A DNA stretch of 64,000 nucleotides from an uncultured Alphaproteobacteria bacterium (GCA_902536655.1 CACAYF010000002.1:76123-140122), one strand, 5' to 3'; shown: positions 11,081 to 22,322, counted from the first letter of the stretch. Program-made: numbers and translations. Notes: generated from the letters alone by a model not told the origin.

Positions 11081-11662
11081 CTACGTTTTTGTATTTTTTA
11101 AAAAATTTTTTAGCAAAAGGTGACCGTGATCTGTTGCAATGCTTTCAGGATGAAATTGAACACCAAAAAATGGTAATCTTTTATGTTCAATAGCCATTAT
11201 AACATTATGTTCAGTTTTAGCTGTGATTAAAAGGTTAGATTTAACAGTTTTTTGATCAACAATCAGGGAATGATACCTTGTTGCATTAAACGGATTATCT
11301 ATACCCTTAAATAATTTTGATTTGTTATAGAAAATTTTGCTAACTTTACCATGAACCGGCTCCCCACTTTGAACTACCTTTGCATCAAAACATTCGGCTA
11401 TGACTTGATGTCCTAGACAGACACCTAATGTTGGGATAGGTTTTTTTCTAGTTGAGTTTAACTTTATTAGATCCATGCAAATTCCTGCGTTTGTTGGAGT
11501 ACTGGGACCAGGGGATATAACCAAAGATGTTGGATTTAATTTTAATACTTCGTCAGATGAAATTTCATCGTTTCTGAAAACTTTTACTTTTTCCCCAATT
11601 TCTTGAAAATAATGTACTAAATTATAAGTAAAGCTATCGTAATTATCTATTAATATTAACAT
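11081..11662 (-). CDS. trpG: Anthranilate synthase component II
   Basis: IDNYDSFTYN, SPGP, GVCLGHQ, RYHSL, QFHPES. Confidence 0.95.
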   Translation of the reverse strand: MLILIDNYDSFTYNLVHYFQEIGEKVKVFRNDEISSDEVLKLNPTSLVISPGPSTPTNAGICMDLIKLNSTRKKPIPTLGVCLGHQVIAECFDAKVVQSGEPVHGKVSKIFYNKSKLFKGIDNPFNATRYHSLIVDQKTVKSNLLITAKTEHNVIMAIEHKRLPFFGVQFHPESIATDHGHLLLKNFLKNTKT

Positions 11663-13161
11663 TATCTAAAATTTTTTGCTTGTTCACACGCGGTAAGAAG
11701 AGCAAGAGCCTTGTTTTCTGTTTCTTTAAACTCATTGATAGGCTTGCTATCTGCAACTATTCCAGCACCAGATTGGATATAAATATATTTATCTTTTATA
11801 ACTGCAGTTCTTAATGCAATGCAAGTATCAATGTTACCATCTGCTGAAATATACCCTACAGATCCAGCATAGACATTTCTTCTATTTTTTTCTAGTTCTT
11901 CTATAATTTGAATGGCTCTAATTTTCGGAGCTCCTGTAACGGTTCCAGCAGGAAATCCACTGAATAGAACATCTGTCTTCTTTTTGTTTTTATCTATTAT
12001 TCCTTCTATATTTGATACAATATGCATTACATGTGAAAAATATTCTATATACATCTTATCAGTAACATTTACTGAGCCTGGCTGTGTTACTCTACTTAAA
12101 TCATTTCTTCCTAAATCCAAAAGCATGAGGTGTTCTGATATTTCTTTTGGATCGTTAAGCAAGTCATTTTTTAAACTTTGGTCCTCTGTATCAGTTTTGC
12201 CGCGTTTTCTGGTTCCTGCTATTGGCCTTATAGTTACTTTTTTTTTGTCTAATTTTATCAAGATCTCTGGACTTGAACCAACTATGGAAAAGTTTTTGAA
12301 ATTCATATAAAATAAATATGGAGAAGGATTAAGATATCGAAGTGCTCTGTATACTGAAAGAGAATTTGTTTTAATTTTTTTCTTAAAGATTCTTGATATA
12401 ACAACTTGGAATATTTCACCTTCATATATGTATTTTTTAGCTTTATTAACCATGTTTTTAAACTCTTGATAGTTAGTATTCGATTTTACATTTTTAAAAA
12501 CATTAACGTTCTTTTTTGTATTCGATGAACTAAAACTTTCTTTCGATATCGGTCTGTTAATTTTTTTTATGACACTATAAATTTCTTTTTTTGCTTTTTC
12601 AAAAGAATCTTTTGCCTTTAATTTACTTTTACATACGAGTTTAGTTACGATTAGCTTATCATTTACGTTATCAAAAACTAAAGTGATGGATGGCCTAATA
12701 AAAATTGAATCTGGAAGATCAAGACTATTTAATTTTTTTAAATTTACGTTTTCAAAATATCTTATCATTTCATAACCCATGTAACCAAAAAAACCTGAAG
12801 ATATTGATGGTATTATATTTGGAAGTTTAAGATTATTACTATTAAATAAGTTTTTTAAACTATCTAATGGATCCGTTTTTAGAATTTTACTTTTAGAAGA
12901 AATATTTAAATCTTTGATTTTACAAATATTATTTTTACACTCCCATATTAGATCAGGCTTTAGCCCAATTACTGAATACCTACCTTTTTGGCTTCCCTTT
13001 TCAACTGATTCAAACAAAAATGTGTAATCCTCCTCCTTTAATTTAATTAGAGCAGAAACAGGAGTGTGAACGTCTGCAGCAAATGTATGGAATAAAAGTT
13101 GATTTTTACCTGCAATATAATTTTTTTTAAAAAGTTCTAACTCAGGCTGATTGATATCCAT
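11662..13161 (-). CDS. trpE: Anthranilate synthase component I
   Basis: FESVE..GRYS, NPSPY, SSPE, PIAGTRKRG, EHLMLLDLGRND, PAGTVTGAPK. Confidence 0.96.
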   Translation of the reverse strand: MDINQPELELFKKNYIAGKNQLLFHTFAADVHTPVSALIKLKEEDYTFLFESVEKGSQKGRYSVIGLKPDLIWECKNNICKIKDLNISSKSKILKTDPLDSLKNLFNSNNLKLPNIIPSISSGFFGYMGYEMIRYFENVNLKKLNSLDLPDSIFIRPSITLVFDNVNDKLIVTKLVCKSKLKAKDSFEKAKKEIYSVIKKINRPISKESFSSSNTKKNVNVFKNVKSNTNYQEFKNMVNKAKKYIYEGEIFQVVISRIFKKKIKTNSLSVYRALRYLNPSPYLFYMNFKNFSIVGSSPEILIKLDKKKVTIRPIAGTRKRGKTDTEDQSLKNDLLNDPKEISEHLMLLDLGRNDLSRVTQPGSVNVTDKMYIEYFSHVMHIVSNIEGIIDKNKKKTDVLFSGFPAGTVTGAPKIRAIQIIEELEKNRRNVYAGSVGYISADGNIDTCIALRTAVIKDKYIYIQSGAGIVADSKPINEFKETENKALALLTACEQAKNFR

Positions 13162-13162
13162 T

Positions 13163-15049
13163 TTAATTTAGTTGATCGATGACATCATCATTTATTGTAA
13201 TCTTATATTTTTTTCTTAATGCTTCAGAAAATTGAGCAAGTAAATCAATTGTAAGATCATCTTTTATTTTCTTTGTGAATTCTTTGATTTCTTTTTCATC
13301 ATTACTCAAATTATTTAAAATTTCCGCGTTTTTGGCTATTATAATTTCACTATTACCCCTTTTTTCGATATTTATATCACCAAGATTTGAATCAAATATC
13401 TTGCTGATTAAGGGTATTGGTAACTCACTACTATCAGGAAGAACTCTGGTAAATGGTTTGACTCCTTTAATTTCAAGTTTGTACTTATTTGCAACATCCT
13501 TAAAACTCTTACCATTAGAAATTTCATTTTTAATTTTCTCAGCTTTATCTTGCGCATTTTTTAATTTTAAATCAAAAATAAGTTTTTTTCTGACTAACTC
13601 TTTTGATTCATCAAGGGTTAACTGTCTCGGTTTTATTATATCAGTAACTAAACTGATTGCTAAACCTTCATCTTTGTCAATATCAATTATATTTCCCTCT
13701 TCATTTATTTTTTGATTGAAGATCGTTCTGAGAATTCTTTCGTCTTGAAACTCGTTATTTACTTGTTTATTTTGCTTAATACCTTCATTATCAATTTTGT
13801 TAGCAACAATCATTTTTACCTCTAAAATCTTTGATATTTCTGCAAAAGTATTTCCAGATGCCAATAAATCTTCAAGTTCATCTTGAAGATCAAATACAGC
13901 TTCTTTCCCTTTTTCAAGAAGTAGCTCATTTTCAAATTGCTTTTTTACTTCTTCGTATGAAACCTCTTTTCTTTCTTTGGAATCTATTATTTTTAAAATA
14001 TGCCAACCGAATGAACTCTCAATTGGTTTTGATATTTCACCTTTCTTTAAACTAAAAGTTGCTTCGATTATCTCGTCGGGTAGATCATTTTTTGTATTCC
14101 ATCCTAAATCAATATCATCTTCAGTAAGATTAGCCATTGTTTTTGCTGTAGAAGTAAAATTATTAAAATTTACTTTCTTTCTTATTGATTCTACATCAGA
14201 TTTTGAGTCTACAATGATTTGGTGTAGATATTTTTGTGCAGGCTCAACTAATAATTCTTTTCTTTCTTCATAAAGTAATTTAATTTCTTCATCAGTAACA
14301 GTTGATTTTTTTGCATATTCTTTGGCGTCTAATAAAAGTGTTTCAGCACTTCTAAACTCTTTAGACATAAAGTCTGATTTATTTTCTTCATAATATTTTC
14401 TAATTTTTTCATTTGAAGGTTTAGCAAACTCTTCTTCTTCAACCATGATAGTAAGATAATCTACCGTTCTCTCCTCTAAATTATATTTACTCAAGCTATT
14501 TTTCATAATATTTGGAATAATCAAGCTAGTACTGATTGTCTCCACCATCTGCTCTCTAGCAAGATCTTGGCGCGTTCCCTCAACATAGGAATCTTCGGTG
14601 TAACCGGATTCAGATATCAACTGTCTAAACACTAATTCGCTAAATTGTCCAAGATCGTCTTTAAATGCATCATCACGCAATATCTTATCTCTTACATTAA
14701 TATCACTGACGGATAATCCTAGTTGTAAGGCTTCATTATTAAACAATGCTCTATTAATTAATGAACTTAATGCTCTATCAACATATCCAAACTCTCTTGA
14801 TTTTTTAATATCCAATGAAGATCCAAGTAGTTTTCTTATTTCTTCAGTTTGTCTCGAGTACAATGAATAAAATTCCTGTGCAGAAACATCAATTTTCCCT
14901 ACAGTTGCAACAGTTGATTGTTTTTGTGTAACACCAACTAAATCTTCTGTTCCCCACATTCCAAAGCTAATAATTAAAATAGTTAATAAAGTACCAAATA
15001 TTATTTTTAGTATTGAGTTTTTTGAACTGTTTCTTAAAGTTGTAAGCAT
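13163..15049 (-). CDS. ppiD: PpiD/SurA-N-domain membrane-anchored periplasmic chaperone
   Basis: N-terminal TM (ISFGMWG), SurA-N-like region, rotamase-like DLGW..SKPIESSFGWHI; typical position between tpiA and trpE. Confidence 0.85.
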   Translation of the reverse strand: MLTTLRNSSKNSILKIIFGTLLTILIISFGMWGTEDLVGVTQKQSTVATVGKIDVSAQEFYSLYSRQTEEIRKLLGSSLDIKKSREFGYVDRALSSLINRALFNNEALQLGLSVSDINVRDKILRDDAFKDDLGQFSELVFRQLISESGYTEDSYVEGTRQDLAREQMVETISTSLIIPNIMKNSLSKYNLEERTVDYLTIMVEEEEFAKPSNEKIRKYYEENKSDFMSKEFRSAETLLLDAKEYAKKSTVTDEEIKLLYEERKELLVEPAQKYLHQIIVDSKSDVESIRKKVNFNNFTSTAKTMANLTEDDIDLGWNTKNDLPDEIIEATFSLKKGEISKPIESSFGWHILKIIDSKERKEVSYEEVKKQFENELLLEKGKEAVFDLQDELEDLLASGNTFAEISKILEVKMIVANKIDNEGIKQNKQVNNEFQDERILRTIFNQKINEEGNIIDIDKDEGLAISLVTDIIKPRQLTLDESKELVRKKLIFDLKLKNAQDKAEKIKNEISNGKSFKDVANKYKLEIKGVKPFTRVLPDSSELPIPLISKIFDSNLGDINIEKRGNSEIIIAKNAEILNNLSNDEKEIKEFTKKIKDDLTIDLLAQFSEALRKKYKITINDDVIDQLN

Positions 15050-15083
15050 AATTTAAAATAATTGTTAAATCTATATCATAATT

Positions 15084-15818
15084 ATGAGCCAAGTTAAATT
15101 AATTGTTTCAAATTGGAAGATGAATCTTAATATAAGTCAAGCACGAATTTTGACAAATAAGCTTAAGAAAATTAAGATTAAAAGAAATGTAATAAAAAAT
15201 ATAATTTGTCCACAATTTATTTTACTTCCAATAATTTCTAATATTGTTAAGAACAGTAATATACTATTGGGTGCCCAAGACTGTCATTATAAAAAGTTTG
15301 GAGCATACACAGGTGATACGAGTATAGAATTGATAAAAGAAATTGGATGTAAATATATCATTATTGGTCATTCTGAGAGAAGAGAGTATAAAGGTGAAAC
15401 AAACGATATTATCAGAGAGAAAGCTGAATTGGTAATATCAGAAAAATTAAAGCCAATAATTTGCATCGGTGAAACTTTAGAAGAAAGAAAAAAAAATAAA
15501 TACAAAAAAATCTTAGAAGAACAACTTAAAATCTGTATACCAAATAATGTAGATGAAATTATTATCGCATATGAACCAATCTGGTCAATTGGAACTGGTT
15601 TGGTTCCAACAGTAGATGAAATTAAGGAAATAAAAAATTTTACCTGCGATTTTGTTTCTCAATCAAAAGAAATATCAAAAATTTTTTTTCTTTATGGTGG
15701 CTCTGTAAATTCAAAGAACATTTTTGAAATATTTAAACTTTCAGATGTGAATGGAGCTTTGATTGGTGGATCAAGTTTAAAATTTGAAGAGATTAATAAA
15801 ATTCTCACATTTGGTTGA
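15084..15818 (+). CDS. tpiA: Triosephosphate isomerase
   Basis: NWKMN, GHSERR, AYEPIWSIGTG, YGGSV. Confidence 0.97.
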   Translation: MSQVKLIVSNWKMNLNISQARILTNKLKKIKIKRNVIKNIICPQFILLPIISNIVKNSNILLGAQDCHYKKFGAYTGDTSIELIKEIGCKYIIIGHSERREYKGETNDIIREKAELVISEKLKPIICIGETLEERKKNKYKKILEEQLKICIPNNVDEIIIAYEPIWSIGTGLVPTVDEIKEIKNFTCDFVSQSKEISKIFFLYGGSVNSKNIFEIFKLSDVNGALIGGSSLKFEEINKILTFG

Positions 15819-15848
15819 TTTTTTAATTTTTTAAATTATTGTAATGTT

Positions 15849-16202
15849 ATGTTTTCCGTAGTTCTTTCAGTTCATATATTAATATGTGTTTTTCTAGTTT
15901 TTTTTGTTCTACTTCAAAAATCTGAAGGCGGAGGCCTTGGAATTGGGCAATCAAATAGCGGTGGGTTGGGTGATTTTCTATCTACCAGAAGTACATCTAA
16001 TATATTAACAAAAACAACTTCATTTTTAGCATTTTGTTTTTTTCTAACAAGTATCTCTCTTGTAATTATTGCAAACAAAAACTATAAAAAAGAATCTATC
16101 ATTGATTCAGGTGAAGACTCAATTATTGATAGACTAGATTTGATACCAGAAGAATTTGACGTTGAAGATCAAAATAATGATGTGAGTGTCCCTGTTGAAT
16201 AA
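15849..16202 (+). CDS. secG: Preprotein translocase subunit SecG
   Basis: VLLQKSEGGGLG, two TMs, tpiA-secG-pyrG synteny. Confidence 0.93.
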   Translation: MFSVVLSVHILICVFLVFFVLLQKSEGGGLGIGQSNSGGLGDFLSTRSTSNILTKTTSFLAFCFFLTSISLVIIANKNYKKESIIDSGEDSIIDRLDLIPEEFDVEDQNNDVSVPVE

Positions 16203-16237
16203 GGAAGGTAAATCCTCTTACTCAAACCTTTCTATAA

Positions 16238-17863
16238 ATGACTAAATTTATCTTTATAACCGGAGGTGTAGTATCATCTCTGGGAAAAGGTATAGTATCA
16301 TCATCAATAGCTTCTTTACTCACACTTTGTAAATACAAGGTAAGAATAAGAAAATTAGATCCATATTTGAATATTGATCCTGGAACAATGAATCCTTCTC
16401 AACATGGTGAAGTTTTTGTTACTGATGATGGTGCTGAAACCGACATGGATTTGGGACATTATGAGAGATTTACAGGTATAATGTCTAAAAAAAGTGATAA
16501 TATAACAACTGGTAAAATCTATTCTGAAGTTTTAAAAAAAGAAAGAAGGGGCGATTACCTTGGATCGACTGTGCAAGTAATACCTCACGTAACTGATGAA
16601 ATTAAAAAGTTTATAAAAAAAGATTTAAATAATGAAGATTTTGTTATCTGTGAAATTGGAGGAACAGTAGGTGATATTGAAAGTCTTCCTTTTTTAGAAG
16701 CAATTCGTCAATTAAGAAACGACCTTGGGAAAAGTAAAACATTATTCATTCATTTAACTTTAGTTCCATTTTTATCGTCATCCAATGAATTCAAAACAAA
16801 GCCAACTCAGCATTCAGTGAAAGAACTTTTGGGTTTGGGTATCCAACCTGATTTACTATTATGTAGAACTGAAAGAAAATTTGACAAGAAAGCAAAGGAA
16901 AAGATTTCTTTATTTTGTAATACTTTATTGGATTCTGTAATTTTAGTTGAAAATGCAAAAACAATTTATGAAATTCCTTTAAAATTATACAAGCAGGGTA
17001 TATTAAAACAAGTTTTTACTCATCTTAATATAAATCAAAATAGAAATATTAATTTAAAGTTATGGGAGGATTTTCTAGATAAATTCTATAAATTAAAAAA
17101 TTTTGTATCTGTTGCCATTGTTGGAAAATATACTAATCTTTCTGAATCCTATAAATCTCTCAATGAAGCACTTTTTCACAGTGGAATATTCAATAATACA
17201 AGAGTAGAAATTAAATGGGTGGATTCAAAAAAAATTGAAAATATTTCTAAATGTGAACAAGTTTTAAATAACTGTGATGGGATACTTGTACCTGGTGGTT
17301 TTGGAAAAGATGGAACAGCTGGTAAGATTAATGCTATAAAGGTTTCAAAAAAATTAAAAATACCATACTTAGGTATATGCTTTGGAATGCAATTAGCAAT
17401 TTTGGAATCAATTAGTCATCTTAAGGGCTATGAAAACGCTTCATCAACCGAATTTGGAAAAACTTCTCTACCTGTAATATCAATGATTCATGAATGGATA
17501 AGAAATAAAAAAATAATTAAGCCTGATCTGAGAAATCTTGGAGGTAGTATGAGACTAGGGTCTTACACTTCAATTTTATTAAAAGGTTCCAGGATTTATT
17601 CCATTTATAGAAAAAACAAAATCAATGAAAGACATAGACATCGTTATGAAGTAAATTACAATTACAAAAAACAAATTGAGAGAAGCGGGGTTGTACTGTC
17701 TGGAATGTCACCTGATGGAAATTTAGTAGAGATTATGGAGAGAGATGATCATCCATGGTTTATTGGTGTTCAATTTCATCCAGAACTGAAATCAACCCCT
17801 TTTAAACCTCATCCTATTTTTAATTCATTTATCAAGGCATTGCTGCATAAACGGTTATTATGA
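16238..17863 (+). CDS. pyrG: CTP synthase
   Basis: GGVVSSLGKG, KTKPTQHSV, GICFGMQ, RHRHRYE, QFHPE. Confidence 0.98.
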   Translation: MTKFIFITGGVVSSLGKGIVSSSIASLLTLCKYKVRIRKLDPYLNIDPGTMNPSQHGEVFVTDDGAETDMDLGHYERFTGIMSKKSDNITTGKIYSEVLKKERRGDYLGSTVQVIPHVTDEIKKFIKKDLNNEDFVICEIGGTVGDIESLPFLEAIRQLRNDLGKSKTLFIHLTLVPFLSSSNEFKTKPTQHSVKELLGLGIQPDLLLCRTERKFDKKAKEKISLFCNTLLDSVILVENAKTIYEIPLKLYKQGILKQVFTHLNINQNRNINLKLWEDFLDKFYKLKNFVSVAIVGKYTNLSESYKSLNEALFHSGIFNNTRVEIKWVDSKKIENISKCEQVLNNCDGILVPGGFGKDGTAGKINAIKVSKKLKIPYLGICFGMQLAILESISHLKGYENASSTEFGKTSLPVISMIHEWIRNKKIIKPDLRNLGGSMRLGSYTSILLKGSRIYSIYRKNKINERHRHRYEVNYNYKKQIERSGVVLSGMSPDGNLVEIMERDDHPWFIGVQFHPELKSTPFKPHPIFNSFIKALLHKRLL

Positions 17864-18693
17864 AAAAAATAAAAATATTTGAGGACTTTTATTTCTCAAA
17901 CAATTCAGAAATTAAATTCATTCTTGGTCCATGCCAAATCGAAAGTAAGCAACACGCTTTTGATGTCTGTCATGAAATTGAAAGATTATCAAAAAAATTA
18001 AAATTTAAATACATTTTTAAGAGCTCTTTTGATAAAGCTAATAGAACTAGTCACAAGAGCAAACGAGGTATTGGAATAAAAAAAGGTCTAGATATTTTAA
18101 CTCAAATACGAGAAAAATTTGGGTGTCCAGTTATTTCAGACGTTCATGAATCGTCACAATGTAAGATTGTAAAAGAATCATTAGATGTTATTCAAATTCC
18201 TGCTTTTTTGTGCAGACAAACGGACATTTTAATAGCAGCCGGAAGAACAAAATTACCAATTAATATTAAAAAAGGTCAATTTCTATCGCCGTGGGATATC
18301 TCCAATGTCATTCAAAAAGTAGTTTCAACGGGAAATAAAAAATTGCTTCTTACTGAAAGAGGTACAATGTTTGGGTATAATAATCTCGTTTCAGATATGC
18401 GATCACTTCCAATAATGAAAAAAACTGGTTATCCAGTAATATTTGATGCAACACATTCCGTACAACTTCCTGGTTTAAAAGGTCATTCTTCAGGTGGTCA
18501 ATCTGAATTTGTATCAGTTTTATCAAAAGCTGCAGTAACAACTGGAATTTCTGGAATATTTATTGAAACCCACGACAATCCAAAAAAAGCTCCATCAGAC
18601 GGCTCAAATATGGTATCACTGAAGGAATTAGGTAATTTAATTCATTCAATAATTCTGTATGATAATCTATCCAAGAACGAGAGGCTAAATTAA
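17860..18693 (+). CDS. kdsA: KDO 8-phosphate synthase
   Basis: GPCQIES, DKANRTS, PAFLCRQTD, DATHSVQ. Confidence 0.97.
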   Translation: MKKIKIFEDFYFSNNSEIKFILGPCQIESKQHAFDVCHEIERLSKKLKFKYIFKSSFDKANRTSHKSKRGIGIKKGLDILTQIREKFGCPVISDVHESSQCKIVKESLDVIQIPAFLCRQTDILIAAGRTKLPINIKKGQFLSPWDISNVIQKVVSTGNKKLLLTERGTMFGYNNLVSDMRSLPIMKKTGYPVIFDATHSVQLPGLKGHSSGGQSEFVSVLSKAAVTTGISGIFIETHDNPKKAPSDGSNMVSLKELGNLIHSIILYDNLSKNERLN

Positions 18694-19970
18694 TGTCAAA
18701 AATCAAATCACTCTTTGCGAGAGAGATAATTGATAGCAGAGGAGTCCCAACTGTTGAAGTTGAAATAGAGTTAACATCTAATCATAGAAGTATTGCCTCT
18801 GTTCCCTCTGGAGCTTCAACAGGAACTTTTGAAGCTTATGAATTAAGAGATGGAGATAAAAATCGATTTTTTTCAAAAGGTGTCAAGAACGCGATTAATT
18901 TGATCAACTCTGAGGTCAAAGAAACAATTTTAGGGCTTGATGTAATGAATCAAAAAGAAATTGATACTATTTTAATAGAGCTGGATGGAACCAAAAACAA
19001 AAAAAGGCTTGGAGCAAATTCAATTTTGGCAGTATCACTTGCGTGTGCAAAAGCAGCTTCAACATTTTTAAACACACCTTTATACAAATATATTGGAGGA
19101 ATACAAAATACTATTCCAACACCAATGATGAATATTATCAACGGAGGATGCCATTCGAACAACGCATTAGATTTCCAAGAATTCATGATAATTCCTGCAC
19201 ATTTTAAATCATTTAAAGAATCGTTAAGAGCTGGTTGTGAGGTATTTTATTATTTAAAGCAATTACTAATTTCTAAAAATCTTTCAACATCAGTTGGAGA
19301 CGAGGGAGGGTTTGCACCAGATATTTCATCAAATAGAGAATGTCTTGATTTAATTATTAATGCAATAGATAAAGCAGGTTATAAACCTGGAAAAGAAATT
19401 TATATCGCACTAGATGTTGCAGCATCAGAATTTTTTAATAAACAAATGTATACGCTTTCTGGTGAATCACTGAAAGTAAATAGTGAAGGTCTTATAAGAT
19501 ACTATGATAATTTAATTAAAAACTACCCAATCATTTCAATTGAAGACGGACTTGACGAAAATGATTGGGATGGGTGGAGAGCACTTACCTCTGAAATAGG
19601 TGATAAATGTCAACTTGTTGGTGACGATCTATTTGTAACATCAACAGAAAGATTAAAAAAAGGGATTGATAGTGATTGCGGTAATTCCGTTTTAATAAAA
19701 CTTAATCAGATTGGCACAGTAACTGAAACTATTAATACAATAGTATTAGCTAAACAAAATAATTTTAATACAATAATTTCGCACAGATCAGGAGAAACAG
19801 AGGAAACTTTTATTTCAGATTTTTCAGTAGGAATGTCATCAGGTCAGATAAAAACCGGTTCTCTCTGTAGATCTGAGAGAATTTCTAAATATAATCAACT
19901 GTTAAGAATAGAAGATAGAGAGGAAAACTTGAAATTTTCTGGTGTTGATCCCTTCAATAAATATTTATGA
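18693..19970 (+). CDS. eno: Enolase
   Basis: DSRGVPTVE, VPSGASTG, GDEGGFAP, SHRSGET. Confidence 0.98.
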   Translation: MSKIKSLFAREIIDSRGVPTVEVEIELTSNHRSIASVPSGASTGTFEAYELRDGDKNRFFSKGVKNAINLINSEVKETILGLDVMNQKEIDTILIELDGTKNKKRLGANSILAVSLACAKAASTFLNTPLYKYIGGIQNTIPTPMMNIINGGCHSNNALDFQEFMIIPAHFKSFKESLRAGCEVFYYLKQLLISKNLSTSVGDEGGFAPDISSNRECLDLIINAIDKAGYKPGKEIYIALDVAASEFFNKQMYTLSGESLKVNSEGLIRYYDNLIKNYPIISIEDGLDENDWDGWRALTSEIGDKCQLVGDDLFVTSTERLKKGIDSDCGNSVLIKLNQIGTVTETINTIVLAKQNNFNTIISHRSGETEETFISDFSVGMSSGQIKTGSLCRSERISKYNQLLRIEDREENLKFSGVDPFNKYL

Positions 19971-20248
19971 GTGTGATTAAAACAAAATTTATAATTTTTA
20001 TAAATTTTTCAATTTCTTTCTTTTTATTATTTGAAATATTATTTAGTGAAAAAAATATATTCAAATTTCTTAATAATTTTGATTTGATAAACGAATATCA
20101 AACTACTTTAATAAATAAAAAAAAAAAGTTTGAGGCACTTGAAAATTTTTTAGATAATTTTAAGAGTTCAGATGAATTTAAAAAAATTGTCATAAAAGAC
20201 AAACTATTCTATAAAGAAAAGGATGAAAAAATCTTTTTATATGATTAA
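19967..20248 (+). CDS. ftsB: Septum formation initiator (FtsB/DivIC-like), divergent
   Basis: N-terminal TM plus coiled coil and C-terminal LFYKEKDEKIF; directly after eno. Confidence 0.6.
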   Translation: MSVIKTKFIIFINFSISFFLLFEILFSEKNIFKFLNNFDLINEYQTTLINKKKKFEALENFLDNFKSSDEFKKIVIKDKLFYKEKDEKIFLYD

Positions 20249-20730
20249 TTTTCAACAATATTTAGACAAATATTAATCATTTCTTTTACTGTTGAGTTGA
20301 TAATGGATTTACGATCCTTTAGATTAAAACACTTTTTAAAAGAAAAAGTCTTTTCCTTATAATTTACTCCGATGAAAACTGTTCCAATTGGGAAATTTTT
20401 ATTTAAAATCGCCGGTCCTGCTTGACCGGTACAAGAAATAGCAAGTGTTTTTCTGGAATTTGAAAATTTAATTACTTCGTTTACCATATACTTTGACATT
20501 TCTTTACTAACTACATTCGTTTTATCTATTTTTTTTTTAAGTCCTAAAATCTTTGATTTAGACTCGTTTGTGTATGTAACGAGACTATAGTTAAAAATTT
20601 TAGAAGCATCTTTATTTTTTATTATCTCAAATGCAAATCTTCCACCTGTTATGGATTCTGCGGCACAAAGTTTTATATTCTTTTTCCGTAAAATATGTAT
20701 TAATCTTTTTGTTTTACTCTCATATTTCAT
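20245..20730 (-). CDS. cinA: CinA C-terminal domain protein (PncC-like NMN deamidase)
   Basis: AESITGG, VTYTNESK, TGQAGP, PIGTVFIG; follows ispDF-pgpA. Confidence 0.85.
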   Translation of the reverse strand: MKYESKTKRLIHILRKKNIKLCAAESITGGRFAFEIIKNKDASKIFNYSLVTYTNESKSKILGLKKKIDKTNVVSKEMSKYMVNEVIKFSNSRKTLAISCTGQAGPAILNKNFPIGTVFIGVNYKEKTFSFKKCFNLKDRKSIINSTVKEMINICLNIVEN

Positions 20731-21169
20731 AATAAATGAAAAAAATAATTGCTACAATCAAACCAGCAATAACGTCATCAATAAGCACACTAGAAATGCT
20801 CTTTTGATTATCAAAATAACTTATTGGGAATGGTTTGCTGATATCAAGAATTCTAAAAAGGAAGAAAGCCAAAAAATAATCTATAATTTTTTCATTACAA
20901 AAAATCAAGGCTATGGTTTGTCCTATATATTCATCACAAACGACATATTTTGGATCTTTATCTTTATTATTTAATAGTAAGATTTTTAATAAAAGTAATG
21001 AAAAAAAATAATAAGTGGTGATACAAAGAATTAATATTTCTAATGTGACGTTTATTTTTACAAACCATACAACTGGTAGAACAATGAGAGATGCAATTGT
21101 TCCAGGAAAAAAAGGAAAAAATCCAACTCCAAACCCAGAACAAAAAAAAAGGGGAAAGTTTTTAATCAT
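20720..21169 (-). CDS. pgpA: Phosphatidylglycerophosphatase A
   Basis: PGTIASL, DPKYVVCDE, FRILDISKPFPI, IDDVIAG. Confidence 0.92.
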   Translation of the reverse strand: MIKNFPLFFCSGFGVGFFPFFPGTIASLIVLPVVWFVKINVTLEILILCITTYYFFSLLLLKILLLNNKDKDPKYVVCDEYIGQTIALIFCNEKIIDYFLAFFLFRILDISKPFPISYFDNQKSISSVLIDDVIAGLIVAIIFFIYYEI

Positions 21170-22322
21170 CTTTTGATAATGTTACTGAAACTTGACAAGC
21201 AATACCTTCCTCTCTGCCGAGAAACCCAAGTGTTTCTGTTGTTGTTCCTTTAATGTTAATTTTTTTAAAATCAATGTCGAGAGCTTTTGCAACACTTTTT
21301 GTGAATTTTTTTTGGTATTTTGAAACTTTTGGTTTCTCACAAATTAAAGTAACATCTAGATTATTTATTTTAAACTTTTCACTTTGAAGTAATTTTTTTG
21401 CATATTTCATAAAAAAAATTGATTGTCTATTTTTCCACTTCTTTTCAGTTGGGGGGAAGTGATTTCCTATATCACCTAGGCACAAACCTCCTAAAATAGC
21501 GTCAACAATTGAATGAAAACCAACGTCTGCGTCTGAATGTCCATCTAAACTTTTATCAAATGGAATCGTGATTCCAAATATTGTAAGTTTATTCCCCTTT
21601 TTAAATTTATGTACATCAAAGCCAGTTCCCACTCTTATGTCGTTCATATCATTATTTCTATTTTTAACTATCAATTTACCTATTTTATAGTCTTCTTTGG
21701 TAGTTATTTTAAAGTTTATTTTTTCCCCTTTAATTAACTTAATTTTATTTCTTAATTCATATAAAATCATAGAATCGTCAGTATGAATAGATTCTTTATT
21801 TTTTTTGTGAGCTTCATAAATTGAATTAAAACAGTAACCTTGTGGTGTTTGTATTAGTTTTAAGTTATCCCTTGGTATATTTGTGTATTTCTTATTTTTA
21901 AAATATCTAGCTGAATCATAAACTTTTATAGATGGTATAACGCTTATTTCGTTCTCAAGTTTTTTTAATACTTTTTTTAATAAACTCACGCTAAAGAAAG
22001 GTCTCACTGCATCATGAATTACTACATATTTAGGGTTCAAAGATTTTGCTGCGTTCAAACCATTAAAAACTGACTTTTGCCTGTTATCCCCACCAAGAAC
22101 TACTTTAATATATTTATTGTTAAATAATTTTTTAGTCGATTTAAAAAAATCTTTATGACTAACAACTATAATGTAACTAAATAAATTTGAACTAATAAAT
22201 TTTTCAACGCTAGTTTCTATAATTGTTTTTTTATTTAATTTATAAAACTGTTTTGGTTTAGATATATCAAATCTTTTGCCAGTTCCTCCACTAAGTATTA
22301 TTGCTAGATTATTTTTTTGCAT
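21162..22322 (-). CDS. ispDF: Bifunctional IspD/IspF
   Basis: IspD half: GGTGKRF..PKQF, HDAVRP, QTPQ; IspF half: GFDVH, GHSDADV, GDIG, TTTE. Confidence 0.95.
   Translation of the reverse strand: MQKNNLAIILSGGTGKRFDISKPKQFYKLNKKTIIETSVEKFISSNLFSYIIVVSHKDFFKSTKKLFNNKYIKVVLGGDNRQKSVFNGLNAAKSLNPKYVVIHDAVRPFFSVSLLKKVLKKLENEISVIPSIKVYDSARYFKNKKYTNIPRDNLKLIQTPQGYCFNSIYEAHKKNKESIHTDDSMILYELRNKIKLIKGEKINFKITTKEDYKIGKLIVKNRNNDMNDIRVGTGFDVHKFKKGNKLTIFGITIPFDKSLDGHSDADVGFHSIVDAILGGLCLGDIGNHFPPTEKKWKNRQSIFFMKYAKKLLQSEKFKINNLDVTLICEKPKVSKYQKKFTKSVAKALDIDFKKINIKGTTTETLGFLGREEGIACQVSVTLSKDD

Noticed and set aside
16203-16237. Possible attenuator hairpin before pyrG (GAAGGT...ACCTTTC)
   Set aside because: Short stem with a long loop and no U-tract; insufficient support
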